Below, piece after piece: positions 1 through 10,439 of a stretch of 25,351 bases of DNA (position 1 is the stretch's first letter; each line of letters begins with the position of its first letter). The stretch is from Octopus sinensis (Eukaryota): assembly GCF_006345805.1 (NCBI RefSeq), contig NW_021836086.1:1-25351 (forward strand). The letters are read 5' to 3'. A model generated the notes under the pieces. That model was not told where the DNA came from. It saw nothing but the letters and a program-made list of their open reading frames with translations, and searched no databases. The position numbers and the translations under genes were made by a program.

Positions 1-1133
1 ATTTTAACAAGTATATTAGTTTAAACATAATTTTATGTTTCGCTGAGTATGTTGCGAACAAAGATTACATTTATAAAACCACAATGCGTCCATGCAGTTT
101 TTCAAACAATTATTCACACCATAGACGGTACAAAAAGATGATCAGTGTGTCACGTGTCGTTAAATTCAGCTTTAATTTAACTGTGCATCAGTGAAATCTG
201 AAGAGGACATTTTGAATTACTGAGAAAGATTTTGAGAAGATTGGTGGAAGTCGAAATTAAATAGCTTTTCTTCTTTCGGAAAAGGTTGTTGCACGAAATA
301 ATGTGGAATTCCATTGTGCTACAGAAGTTTAAAAATCTTCAAATGTTTTCCTGAACGCTTCACACATTGCCCTTTGCATTGTCTATACATTGTCTTTTAA
401 ATACCAAATACATTTCGAAAGTGTAGTGTTATTTTTCAAGCGTCGATTCGGAATGAGATATATTGTGAGTACAGAGAAATTTTGAAAGAATTTATTGAAG
501 GTCTTATGCAGCTACTTGATGTTTTCTTGGTGGAGAAATGAGAGACATATACAAGAAGTGTATATCTTCAGGGGATAAAGCTTTATATACAATCAATTGC
601 ATGCAGTTCATTGTACGTTTGTTCGACGGTTAACATCAAGAGTATTGTGAACAATTGAAAACGCAGTGATCATAATTTACACAACTCACAAACTTAGTTA
701 ATAGTAAGGAATTCTTAATCCAAACAGATGGGTGACAACACAACCGAAACATCGATCTGACGAAAGACGTACTTGTTTAGCGATTTCATTGGAAGATTTT
801 CTCCCAAATCTGAAAAATATTCTGGACTGTTAATACATCTAGTTGATACACACACCAGACACACGGACACAACACACCACCACACATAAATATAAACCAT
901 AACACACCACACACACACACATACACACATAATATATTATATATATATACGCATGTCAGTGTGGGTATAAGTATATATATATTATATTTCATAATATAAA
1001 AGTATATTAAAATTTATACGCGGAGAGAAGACCAGCATGAGCAGTACTTACATACTAAAAAGGACATGCATACACACACACACGCACACACACACATACA
1101 CACACACACACACACACACATGCACACACACAC

Positions 1134-1170
<37 letters not shown>

Positions 1171-1323
1171 ATACATATACAAATATGTGAAGTACATGCT
1201 AACTTAATACAACAGTATCAGAAAAGCCTCGCGGGCCCTTACGAAATTAGAAGAATCCACTAAGGGAAGATGAAACATTAAATCGGCTATACATATACAT
1301 ACATATATATTTATATATATATA

Positions 1324-1375
<52 letters not shown>

Positions 1376-1622
1376 ATCGTCGTGTCTAAATGGTAAAACA
1401 GGCTTTGTTTTAAACCAGCTTTAGGAGGCTCAGGGTTGCAAGGCACACGAGAAATTCGACTGCAGATATACTGCTTGCACTGGCCTGTAATCGTCATAGA
1501 TGCAACATCAGCTGGGTTCTTTGTAAATCGTTGGTGGGTCTCATATGTCTTATTAAACATAAGTATAGGCTGTCAGATCCTCATACGTCGAAACGGACGG
1601 AGAAGTCCATCACACACACACA

Positions 1623-1659
<37 letters not shown>

Positions 1660-1689
1660 ACACACACACACACGTTCTTTACTTCTTTT

Positions 1690-1853
1690 ATTCTGTTACT
1701 TGTTTCAGCCATGTTGTAGCACCGCCTTGAGGAATATTGGTCGAACTAATTTTGAACTTATTTTGAAGCCCAGTGCTTAACCTGACGGGCTGTTTTGCCG
1801 AACCGCTAGGTTACGGGGACGTCAACACAACGCCTGTTGTTAATCGGTGGCCG
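1690..1853 (-). mobile_element. SINE family A, 3' tail fragment (diverged)
   Basis: Matches the tails of the complete copies at 2221-2390 and 9994-10170 (TTACTTGTTTCAG...GCACCGCCTT...CCGAACCGCTAGGTTACGGGGACGTCAACAC). Confidence 0.75.
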
Positions 1854-2105
1854 CACACACACACACACACACCACACACACCATATATAATTAAGAAAAA
1901 CATTAAGTATAGGATATTGCCAAGTAGTAAACACACGAGAGATAAGTACATTACAAAATACCAAAATACGTGTTTACATATTTTTCATTCGTTGGTGATG
2001 TCCTGTACTCAATATGTAACTTTTATTGATTTATAATCCGAACGCCACGCAGCCTTGTCCACAGTAAGCTCTTACATTTATATATATATATTATATATAT
2101 AGATT

Positions 2106-2158
<53 letters not shown>

Positions 2159-2164
2159 ATATAG

Positions 2165-2199
<35 letters not shown>

Positions 2200-2220
2200 C
2201 CACTCATTTGCTCATTTGCG

Positions 2221-2525
2221 TGTTTCAGTCATTTGACTGCGGCCATGCTGGAGCACCGCCTTTATAGTCGAGCAAATCGACCCCGGGACTTATTCTTTGT
2301 AAGCCCATACTTATTCTATCGGTCTATTTTGCGAACCGGCGACGTAAACCACATCAGCATCGGTTGTCAAGCATGCTAGGGGGACAAATACAGACACAAA
2401 AACACACACATACACATATATATATTAATATCATATAATACACAGGCTTCTTTCAGTTTCCGTCTACCAAATCCACTCACAAGGCATTGGTCGGCCCGGG
2501 GCTATAGCAGAAGACACTTGCCCAA
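2221..2525 (-). mobile_element. SINE family A, tail + internal microsatellite + partial head; the tRNA-like 5' end is missing where a family D SINE abuts
   Basis: Colinear with the copy at 9994-10439. The head stops at GACACTTGCCCAA (2525), immediately before the family D tail. Confidence 0.85.
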
Positions 2526-2902
2526 ATATATATATGTATATACTCGTCTCCGTTGATCACGAATGAACATGGGTTCACCTAACATGTGAACCGCTGTGGG
2601 ATAAGTTTAGGCGGAACGTCGCCTCACCGGCTAACGCATAACCTAGGGTTGTTTTTATGGAAGACCAACAGTTACCCATACGTAACAGCATCCGTTTCCG
2701 TGTCACCAAGGAAAAGACAAAGGCTGATACATCTTGGGGCGCCAGTGGTGTCACAACTCATTTCTACAGCTGAGTGAACTGGAGCAACGGGAAATAAAGT
2801 GTCTTGCGCAAGAACACAACACACAGCCCGGTCCGGGAATCGAACTCACAGCCTCACGATCGCAAGTTCGACTCTCTAGCCATTGAGCCATGCGCCTTCC
2901 AC
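2526..2902 (-). mobile_element. tRNA-derived SINE family D, apparently full length
   Basis: The minus strand reads GGAAGGCGCATGGCTCAATGG (Pol III A box) ... GAGTTCGATTCCC (B box). A CORE-like segment follows (GTTCTTGCGCAAGACACTT...CAGCTGTAGAAATGAG), then a stem-loop tail and a TA-rich end. Confidence 0.8.
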
Positions 2903-2963
2903 CCTTCCATTTCCTAGTGTATATATATATCGAAGTCTCTCTCTCTCTCTCTCTCTCTATCTA

Positions 2964-3050
<87 letters not shown>

Positions 3051-3063
3051 TATATATATATAT

Positions 3064-3215
3064 ACGACGGGCTTCTTTCAGTTTTCGTCCACCATATCCA
3101 CTCACAAGGCTTTGATCGGTCCGAGGCTATAGTGGAGGACACTTGGCCAAAGTGTCAGGAAACGGAACTGAACTCGGAACCATGGGGTTTGGAAAGAGAC
3201 TTACCAAACAGCCAT
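3064..3215 (-). mobile_element. SINE family A head (tRNA-like + CORE-like region)
   Basis: Homologous to 9259-9394 and 10277-10439. It ends in CCCGTCGTATA and runs into the compound microsatellite at 2915-3063. Confidence 0.85.
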
Positions 3216-3276
3216 ATATGGAAATGTAAAATGTCCTTCGATATTTCCAGTGGTGATGAAATATATATATATATAT

Positions 3277-3756
3277 ACTTCTGGCTGACGACCGGTCAAC
3301 GAACCGGTAGTCAACGCATGCGCAGAAAGAGCGCTCGCACGTCATTTATCTAGCTTTTAGACAAAATTCGATGTCGCTAACTTATCGTGTAACGTGGGTG
3401 TGCGTTTTGGCTGTGTGTGTGTGTGTGGCTTCTGGGATCTCGGGCATCCTCCATCCGATTGCGCTCAAATTTGATATGTAGATACCGACGATACCAGTGC
3501 GTGAATAAGTCTTGAAAAAATTTCAAAAATCGATTCCAGGTGAGAATGCAATCGATAAAGTCGCGAGAAATCTTCCTTCTTTCGAATAGAAAAAAATCTA
3601 TCGTTATTTCTTCTTTTGCTGGTGTCTCAAATTTAGGTTAAATCAGTGTTTCTCAAAGGGGAGGCCTATGGGACGGTCGGACAAGTTGTTTTGAGAAAAT
3701 TTGGTTTAAATGTTTGACAACTCAGCACCGTTCATTGGACGAGGGGCGTTTTGCTC

Positions 3757-3760
<4 letters not shown>
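3277..3760 (+). mobile_element. Probable non-autonomous Helentron/DINE-1-like (HINE-type) element; boundaries tentative
   Basis: 5' hairpin 3287-3296/3303-3312, internal (GT)n followed by a CCGATTGCGCTCAAATTTGATATG motif typical of this class, and a terminal stem-loop ACGAG..CTCGT (3739-3758) ending in TT. It is CpG-rich relative to its flanks. Confidence 0.45.
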
Positions 3761-3823
<63 letters not shown>

Positions 3824-4036
3824 TATATAATATATATAATGATCATTCTTTACCAACCACTGCCCGGTGAACGGGAAACTCTGAGTAGCAGATATTTTTT
3901 TACATTCTTCTGCAGCCTGATAACAAAAAAAAAAACAAAAACAAACAAACAAACATATTACTCTACCTTCAGTTTTCGAGTGCTATTCTTTCAACCTTGT
4001 TTGATTTAAGTGCCTACTCGCGTACACACACACACG

Positions 4037-4067
<31 letters not shown>

Positions 4068-4544
4068 TGTATGTATTATGTATGTATGTATGTATGTATG
4101 TATTTTGCACAGACAGAATTAAATTGAAGGAAACATTAATTTCCTACGTTAAAGGTATTTGTAGCCACGCTGGCTAGGAAACACCAGCCCAGCTGTCAAG
4201 CCACATGCCACCACTGGTCGGGTGCCGATATAGGGACGATTAGCAGTTCCTGTTATGCCTTCGTCAAAACCATCGTCAGGATACGCTGACTCATCTGCGC
4301 TTGCTGAGTTACAGTAATGAGCACAACATGTTGCTAATGTGAGCGTGATGAGACAGGGACTTAAAGCTATTTACATAGCGTCGAATCATGGCCGTGCCTA
4401 TTAATTAATTGGAATAGAGACACAGCAGACAAATATAATCATATGTGTATGTGCGCATACGTACACATACTTTTGGAGCATATATATATACATACATACA
4501 TATATACATACATACATATATCACCCACACACACACCCACCATA

Positions 4545-4611
<67 letters not shown>

Positions 4612-4637
4612 TATATATATATTATATATATATATTG

Positions 4638-4669
<32 letters not shown>

Positions 4670-4692
4670 ATATATATATACATACATATATA

Positions 4693-5006
4693 TGTAGAGA
4701 GAGAGAATAGATAGACAGATAGACGGAGAGATAGAATGATGGATTATTAGATAGATAGATAGACAGGCAGACAAATAGATAGATAGATATATAGAAACAG
4801 AGACAGAGGGAGAAATAGGGAGAAAGAGAGAGGAGAAGAGAGAAAGACAGAGAAAGAAAGAGAGAGAAAGAGAGAGAAAGGGAGATAGAAAGACAGGGAG
4901 AGAAACAGATAGATGGATGGACAGACATATGGATAGTTAGATAAGTAGATAGATTGATAGATAGACAGACAGATAGATAGATAGAGATAGATAGATAGAT
5001 AGATAG

Positions 5007-5038
<32 letters not shown>

Positions 5039-5067
5039 TGATAGATAAATACATAAATAGATAGATT

Positions 5068-5125
<58 letters not shown>

Positions 5126-5178
5126 CAGACAGATAGATAGAGATAGAGAGATAGATAGATAGATAGATAGATAGATAC
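4693..5178 (+). repeat. Compound (GA)n/(GATA)n/(GACA)n purine-rich array
   Basis: Directly visible. About 480 bp with a strongly purine-biased plus strand. Confidence 0.95.
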
Positions 5179-5424
5179 ATTTATTCCACTATCATATAAT
5201 ATACAAAGTTTAACTCAGTAAACGGAGTCATTTACTGAAGGTTTCATTATCAGATACATCCCTTAATGAGAGATTAATAAATCTAATTAGTGAATCTAAT
5301 TAGTGGAATATTATGATCATTGAGGGCTTCATCTTATTTATTTACTGACATGTAGCTATCCATTGTAATTATTTACAATTTGTAGACCGAGTCAGGATGT
5401 CGCTTCCCAGAAAATATATGCATC

Positions 5425-5767
5425 TTTATATATATATATATATATATATATATGCATGTATATATATATATACATATATATATATATTTGTGTGTGTGTA
5501 TACATATATATATTAATGTGTGTGTGTACACATATATATTATGTGTATATATATATTAATATATATATATTAATGTATCCATATATATATATATATATAT
5601 ACATATTACATATGTGTGTATGTATGTGTATGCGTGTGCGTAATGCAACACATGCGACGTGCGTATACTTATGGATGTTATTGTGTATATATACACACCT
5701 AAATATATACATAATTATATACATATTCGCATATTTATATATGTTGCTTATAATATGTGTATAATAT

Positions 5768-5812
<45 letters not shown>
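5425..5812. repeat. Degenerate (TA)n/(TG)n compound microsatellite
   Basis: Directly visible. Representative of more than 20 similar arrays (e.g. 1066-1175, 1290-1372, 2075-2198, 2915-3063, 3760-3840, 4440-4692, 11738-11905, 12240-12920, 13138-13270, 17390-17565, 20500-20662, 21335-21570). Confidence 0.95.
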
Positions 5813-5818
5813 ATAATA

Positions 5819-6143
5819 TGTGCGTGGAGGCGAAATGGCCCAGTGGTTAGGGCAGCGGACTCGCGGGTCGTAGGACCAGGCATTGTGAGTATTTATTGAG
5901 CGAAAACACCTCAATACCCACGTGCCTGCAGCAGAGGATGGTGGCAAACTCTGCTGTACTCTCTCACCACAACTTTCTCCCACTGTTTCTTCTTGTATTT
6001 CAAAGGGTTACCCTTTTCGAACTCTCTGTCACGCTGAATCTCCCCGAGAACTACGTTAAGGGTACATGTGTCTGCGGAGTGCTCATTCACGAGCAGTTGA
6101 TCGAATCAACTGGAACACTCGTCGTCGTAACCGACGGAATGCC
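5819..6143 (+). mobile_element. tRNA-derived SINE family C, with the B box apparently deleted
   Basis: The head GGAGGCGAAATGGCCCAGTGGTTAGGGCAGCGGACTCGCG is tRNA-like (A box TGGCCCAGTGG) and no GTTCRANNC follows. The stem-loop tail TCGTCGTAACCGACGG is followed by (TA)n(TG)n. Confidence 0.7.
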
Positions 6144-6145
6144 AG

Positions 6146-6216
<71 letters not shown>

Positions 6217-6261
6217 GTGCGTGCGTGTGTGTGTGTGTGTATACCACTGATTTGGCATAAG

Positions 6262-6477
6262 GAGAGACGGATTCAGTCAGTAGAACAGAAACGCCAGATG
6301 CGGAAAGCCAGAGCCACCTGCACCAATAGCACAGCCCCTACGCACTTCTGCCCCACCTGTGGGAGGAGCTTTCTTGCCCGGATAGGCCTCATCAGCCACC
6401 TCCGATCTCATAGCAGCAATTTCACCAAATGATGTCAATGGTCATCTTCGAATCCGAAGGACGAACATTATTATTAT
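6262..6477 (+). mobile_element. 5'-truncated RTE-clade LINE, 3' end
   Basis: Encodes ERRIQSVEQKRQMRKARA...HFCPTCGRSFLARIGLISHLRSH (C-terminal C2H2 finger typical of RTE/BovB-like ORFs) with a stop at 6430-6432. A short 3' UTR hairpin CTTCG-AATC-CGAAG (6446-6459) and an (ATT)n tail follow. Confidence 0.85.
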
Positions 6478-6529
6478 ATATCACAGAAACGGTGTTATGA
6501 GCCTTTGGTAACGTTGGTTATTATAGTTT

Positions 6530-6930
6530 TTATCTTTTATCTTTCAATTGTTCCAGTTATTATGCTGCGGCAATGCTGGGGCACCGCTTAGAAGAAATTT
6601 TAGTCGAATTGATCACTTTACGCTTTTTAAATATTTATGCTATCAGATCTTTTTTGCCGGACCTCCATGTTACTGGAACGCAAACAAACCAGCATCTGTT
6701 GACTAGCGGTGGTGGCAGACAAATACGGACCCAAGGACACACACACACATATAGATATATAGACATTATTGTATAGAACGGGCTTCTTTTAGTGTCCGTC
6801 TATCAAATCCATCCACGAGGTTTGGGTCGGACTGAGGCTATAGTAGAAGACACTTGCCGAAGGTGCGACGCAGAGGAAATGAACTCGGAATCTTGTAGGT
6901 GGGAAGCAAGCTTCTTACCACACAGCCACA
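6530..6930 (-). mobile_element. SINE family A, full length, diverged
   Basis: Head, internal CA/TA microsatellite (about 6737-6775) and tail are all colinear with 9994-10439. Confidence 0.85.
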
Positions 6931-7100
6931 TGTATGCATTTTGCATACGTGTGTCTGTGACGTATATACGTCATATATGCGTTATTTTTATATACGAATG
7001 GTTGCCGAAATGCTGCTGGCCTTGGGTTAAAGAAAATACAGGAGGATCAGTTAATAATGATTTTATTTAACATATCCCACTTCTCAGATTTATACACTTA

Positions 7101-7503
7101 CTCTTTTTTTACTCTTGGCACAAGGCCCGAAATTTTGAGGGAGGCGGCCAGTCGATTAGATTGATCCCAGTACACAACTGGTACTTAATTTATCGACCCT
7201 GAAAGGATGAAAGGCAACGTAGACTTCGGAGGAATTTGAACTCAGAACATAAAGACGGACGAAATACCTATTTCTTTACTGCCCACAAGGGGCTAAATAA
7301 ACACAGAGAGGACAAACAAGGACAGACAAACCGATTAAGTCGATTACATCGACCCCAGTGCATAACTGGTACTTATTTAATCGATCCCGAAAGGATAAAA
7401 GGCAAAGCCGACCTCGGCGGAATTTGAACTCAGAACGTAAAGACAGACGAAATACCGCCAAATATTTCGCCCGGCGTGCTAACATTTCTGCCAGCTCGCC
7501 GCC
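7101..7503 (-). mobile_element. tRNA-derived SINE family B, full-length internally dimeric copy
   Basis: Minus-strand head GGCGGCGAGCTGGCAGAAATGTTAGCACGCCGGGCG and B box GAGTTCAAATTCC present twice. A 119-bp internal direct repeat lies at 7150-7268 / 7338-7456. The central GCCTTTYATCCTTTCGGGRTCGAT...AAGTACCAG domain resembles conserved central domains of widespread animal SINEs. Confidence 0.9.
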
Positions 7504-7739
7504 CCCCTTAAATTCAATAACGTGTTTAAATACAGTGGATACGGAGGTCTTGTATACTTTGTAGATCGGAATGCCTTTGGACCAGCGGCTAAAAAGGAAC
7601 TATAAGAACTGCAGCAGCAGTAGCAGTGGCAGGAGCAACCATTTTTACGAATATCATAAGCAGGGGTACAGCACCAACGAAACCACTGAAAGTACCACCA
7701 CCGCAACCACCACTACAAACATCAATACTGCCACCTGCT

Positions 7740-8486
7740 ACAATTAATAGGAAAACTTTCGCCATGACCACCACCACGACCACCAAAACCACGACGACCA
7801 CCACCGTTACCATTGCCGCCACCGCCACCACAATTACCACTACTACCATCGCCGTCACCATCATCATCACCAGCACCAGCACCAGCACCAGCACCACCAC
7901 CACCACCAGATCCGCCACCACATTCACCATTAGAATTCCCTTGACGACCAATACAACCAGCGCCAAAACAGCCACCACCACCACCACTACCTCCTCCTCC
8001 ACCACCAATACCACCACCTTAACCTCCCACAGCCATCACCACCACAACCAACACCACCACCGCTACCACTACCAACAGCATGACCATCACCAATACCACT
8101 ACCATTACCATCACCACGACTACTGTCACCACCACCACCACCACCACAGCGGATCCGCCATCACCATTAGAATTCACTTGACAACCAACACAACCAGCCC
8201 CAAAACAGCCACCAACACCGATAACTACAACAACAGCCACCACGACAAAAGCAACTACAACGACGACGACATACGACGGCTACCTCACCACCGCCACCAC
8301 CACCACCGCCACCACCACCGCCACCACCGCCACCACCACCACTAATACCACCACTACTACCACCACCACCACCACCACCACCACCACCACCACCACCACC
8401 ACCACCACCACCACTACCACCACCACCACCACTACCATCACCACCACCATCACCACCACCACCACCACCACTACCATCACCACCAC
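7740..8486. repeat. Degenerate (ACC/GGT)n trinucleotide region containing a duplicated unit of about 65 bp
   Basis: Directly visible. The duplicated unit lies at 7909-7977 and 8152-8214. Confidence 0.9.
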
Positions 8487-8892
8487 TAAGAGAAATCCTT
8501 CTTTCCCTCACGGCAGTACCATATATCACAGTGGATGGCCATCCATCGGCGCCAAGGTCATGGTGACTGAGAAGAGGAGGTGAAGAGTGCAGTGGAGGGT
8601 TCAAATCTGATTGGATTCCTGTTCGACACAGACAGACAAGAAAAACCTTTTAAGGTAACATCTCTAATCTATGTGTTTCTCGATTCGTGTAAATGAGTGT
8701 ATATGCGTGTGAACGTGTGTGTATATATTGTACATAGGCGTGTATAAGTAATTGCGAATATGTGTATATACATGTATATGCGTATATGTATATAGATATG
8801 TCAATTTATCTAATTGTCACTACGTATGTGTTGATACTTGTATATATGTATATGCACATCTATCAACCTATCTGTATGTCTATCTGTCTATC

Positions 8893-9018
8893 TGTCAAAT
8901 CCACTCAAAAGTACTCGTCGAAGCTATAGTAAAACACACTTGCCGATGGTGTCACGCAGTGGGACTCAACCCGGAACAATATGAAAGGGAAGCAAGCTTC
9001 TTACCACACAGCCACACT
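8893..9018 (-). mobile_element. SINE family A head, diverged
   Basis: GCTATAGTAAAACACACTTGCC...GGGACTCAACCCGGAAC...AGCAAGCTTCTTACCACACAGCCAC matches the other A heads. Confidence 0.8.
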
Positions 9019-9076
9019 TGTGTGTATGCGTGTGAATATGTGTGTGTGTCTGTGTGCGCGTGCTTGCATACATGTG

Positions 9077-9116
<40 letters not shown>

Positions 9117-9258
9117 CACACATATATATGACGGGAAGCTTTAAGAAAATAGACAAAAGACGAAGGCAGGTGGAAAACAAACAAACAATTGTATTAGTAT
9201 GGCGCTCAGGAAAAAGACGAAAACCTCCTTAGAATACCAAAGAAAAAATTACGTATCA

Positions 9259-9394
9259 GGCACAGGAGTGGCTGTGTGGTAAGTGGCTTGCTTACCAACC
9301 ACATGGTTCCGGGTTCAGTCCTACTGCGTTACACCTTGGGCAAGTGTCTTCTACTATAGCCGAGGGCCGACTAAAGCCTTCTGAATGGATTTGA
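9259..9394 (+). mobile_element. SINE family A head, 3'-truncated
   Basis: GGCACAGGAGTGGCTGTGTGGTAAG...CCGGGTTCAGTCC (B-box-like)...CACCTTGGGCAAGTGTCTT (CORE-like). Confidence 0.9.
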
Positions 9395-9442
9395 AAGTAG
9401 GAAAGGAACTATGTTAAAGCATATGGGTGTGCAATTATATAT

Positions 9443-9745
9443 GGGCGTGTGGTAAGAAGCTTGCTTCCCAACCACATTGTTCCGGGTTCAGCCCCACTGC
9501 AAGGAACCTTGGGCAAGTGTCATCTACTATAACCTTGGGCCGACCAAAGCGTTGCGAGTGGATTTGCTAGACAGAAACTTAAAGTAGCCTGTCGTATATA
9601 TATGTGTATTTAACTTGCTGTAAATTAGCGGTTCGCAAAAAAGAGACCGCTAGAACAAGTACCGGGCCTACAAGGAATAAGTCTTGTGGTCGATTTGTTC
9701 AACTAAAGACGGTGCTCCAGCATGACTATCGACTAACGAAAAGGC
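9443..9745 (+). mobile_element. SINE family A, near full length with shortened internal region
   Basis: Head through CCTGTCGTATATA, then tail TTAGCGGTTCG...GGTCGATTTG...CGGTGCTCCAGCATG. Confidence 0.85.
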
Positions 9746-9993
9746 AATTTATTATATTATTCGTAAGTAATATGTTTTAGTAATTGTCTACATTACAAGT
9801 TCAAGAAAGAAGGAGAGAAAGAAAGAAAGAGGGAGAGTGGGAGAGAGAGAAAGAAGCAACATAAGAAGGGAGAGAAAAATAAAAAAGTATCGAAATATTT
9901 AAATTAAGCGCTCCACATGGTTGAATTTACGTAAATATGCATCTCAACTAGCTGTTCGCTCCTGACAATGGACGTTTATGCTTGAAATATGAA

Positions 9994-10212
9994 TACTCTT
10001 TTACTTGTTTCAGTCATTTGACTAAGGCCAAGCTGGAACACCGCCTTTTTAGTCAAGCAGATCAACCCCAGGACTTATTCTGTGTAAGCCTAGTAATATT
10101 CTGTCGTTCTCTTTTACCGAACCGCTAAGTTACGGGGACGTAAACACACCAGCATCGGTTGTCAAGCGATGGTGGGAGAAAAACACAGACACACAAACAT
10201 ATACACACACAT

Positions 10213-10268
<56 letters not shown>

Positions 10269-10439
10269 GTATATACGACGAGCTTCTTTCAGTTTCCTTC
10301 TATCAAATCCATTCAGAAGGCTTTAGTCGGCCCTCGGCTATAGTAGAAGACACTTGCCCAAGGTGCAACGCAGTGGGACTGAACCCGGAACCATGTGGTC
10401 GGTAAGCAAGCTACTTACCAAACAGCCACTCCCGCACCT
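9994..10439 (-). mobile_element. SINE family A, full length, well preserved
   Basis: Complete head, internal (CA/TA)n at about 10185-10275, and tail ending TGAAACAAGTAAAAGAGTA on the minus strand. Confidence 0.9.

Noticed and set aside
1381-1530. DYRPV-like RT motif on the minus strand
   Set aside because: It is a single short motif with no flanking RT motifs.
2820-2902. tRNA genes at the SINE heads (also 5825, 7430-7503, 9259, 20690, 23778)
   Set aside because: A/B boxes are present but I could not build a complete cloverleaf, and each continues into a repeated SINE body.
5896-6432. 178-aa ORF ending in a C2H2 zinc finger, as a zinc-finger gene
   Set aside because: It is a chimera of SINE C, (TA)n(TG)n and the RTE LINE C-terminus. 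The finger is followed by the RTE 3' UTR and (ATT)n tail.
7626-8345. 239-aa Thr/His-rich ORF as a mucin or His-rich protein gene
   Set aside because: It starts at GTG just after an in-frame stop, and the openness is explained by (ACC)n composition. Kept only as a weak hypothesis in the findings.
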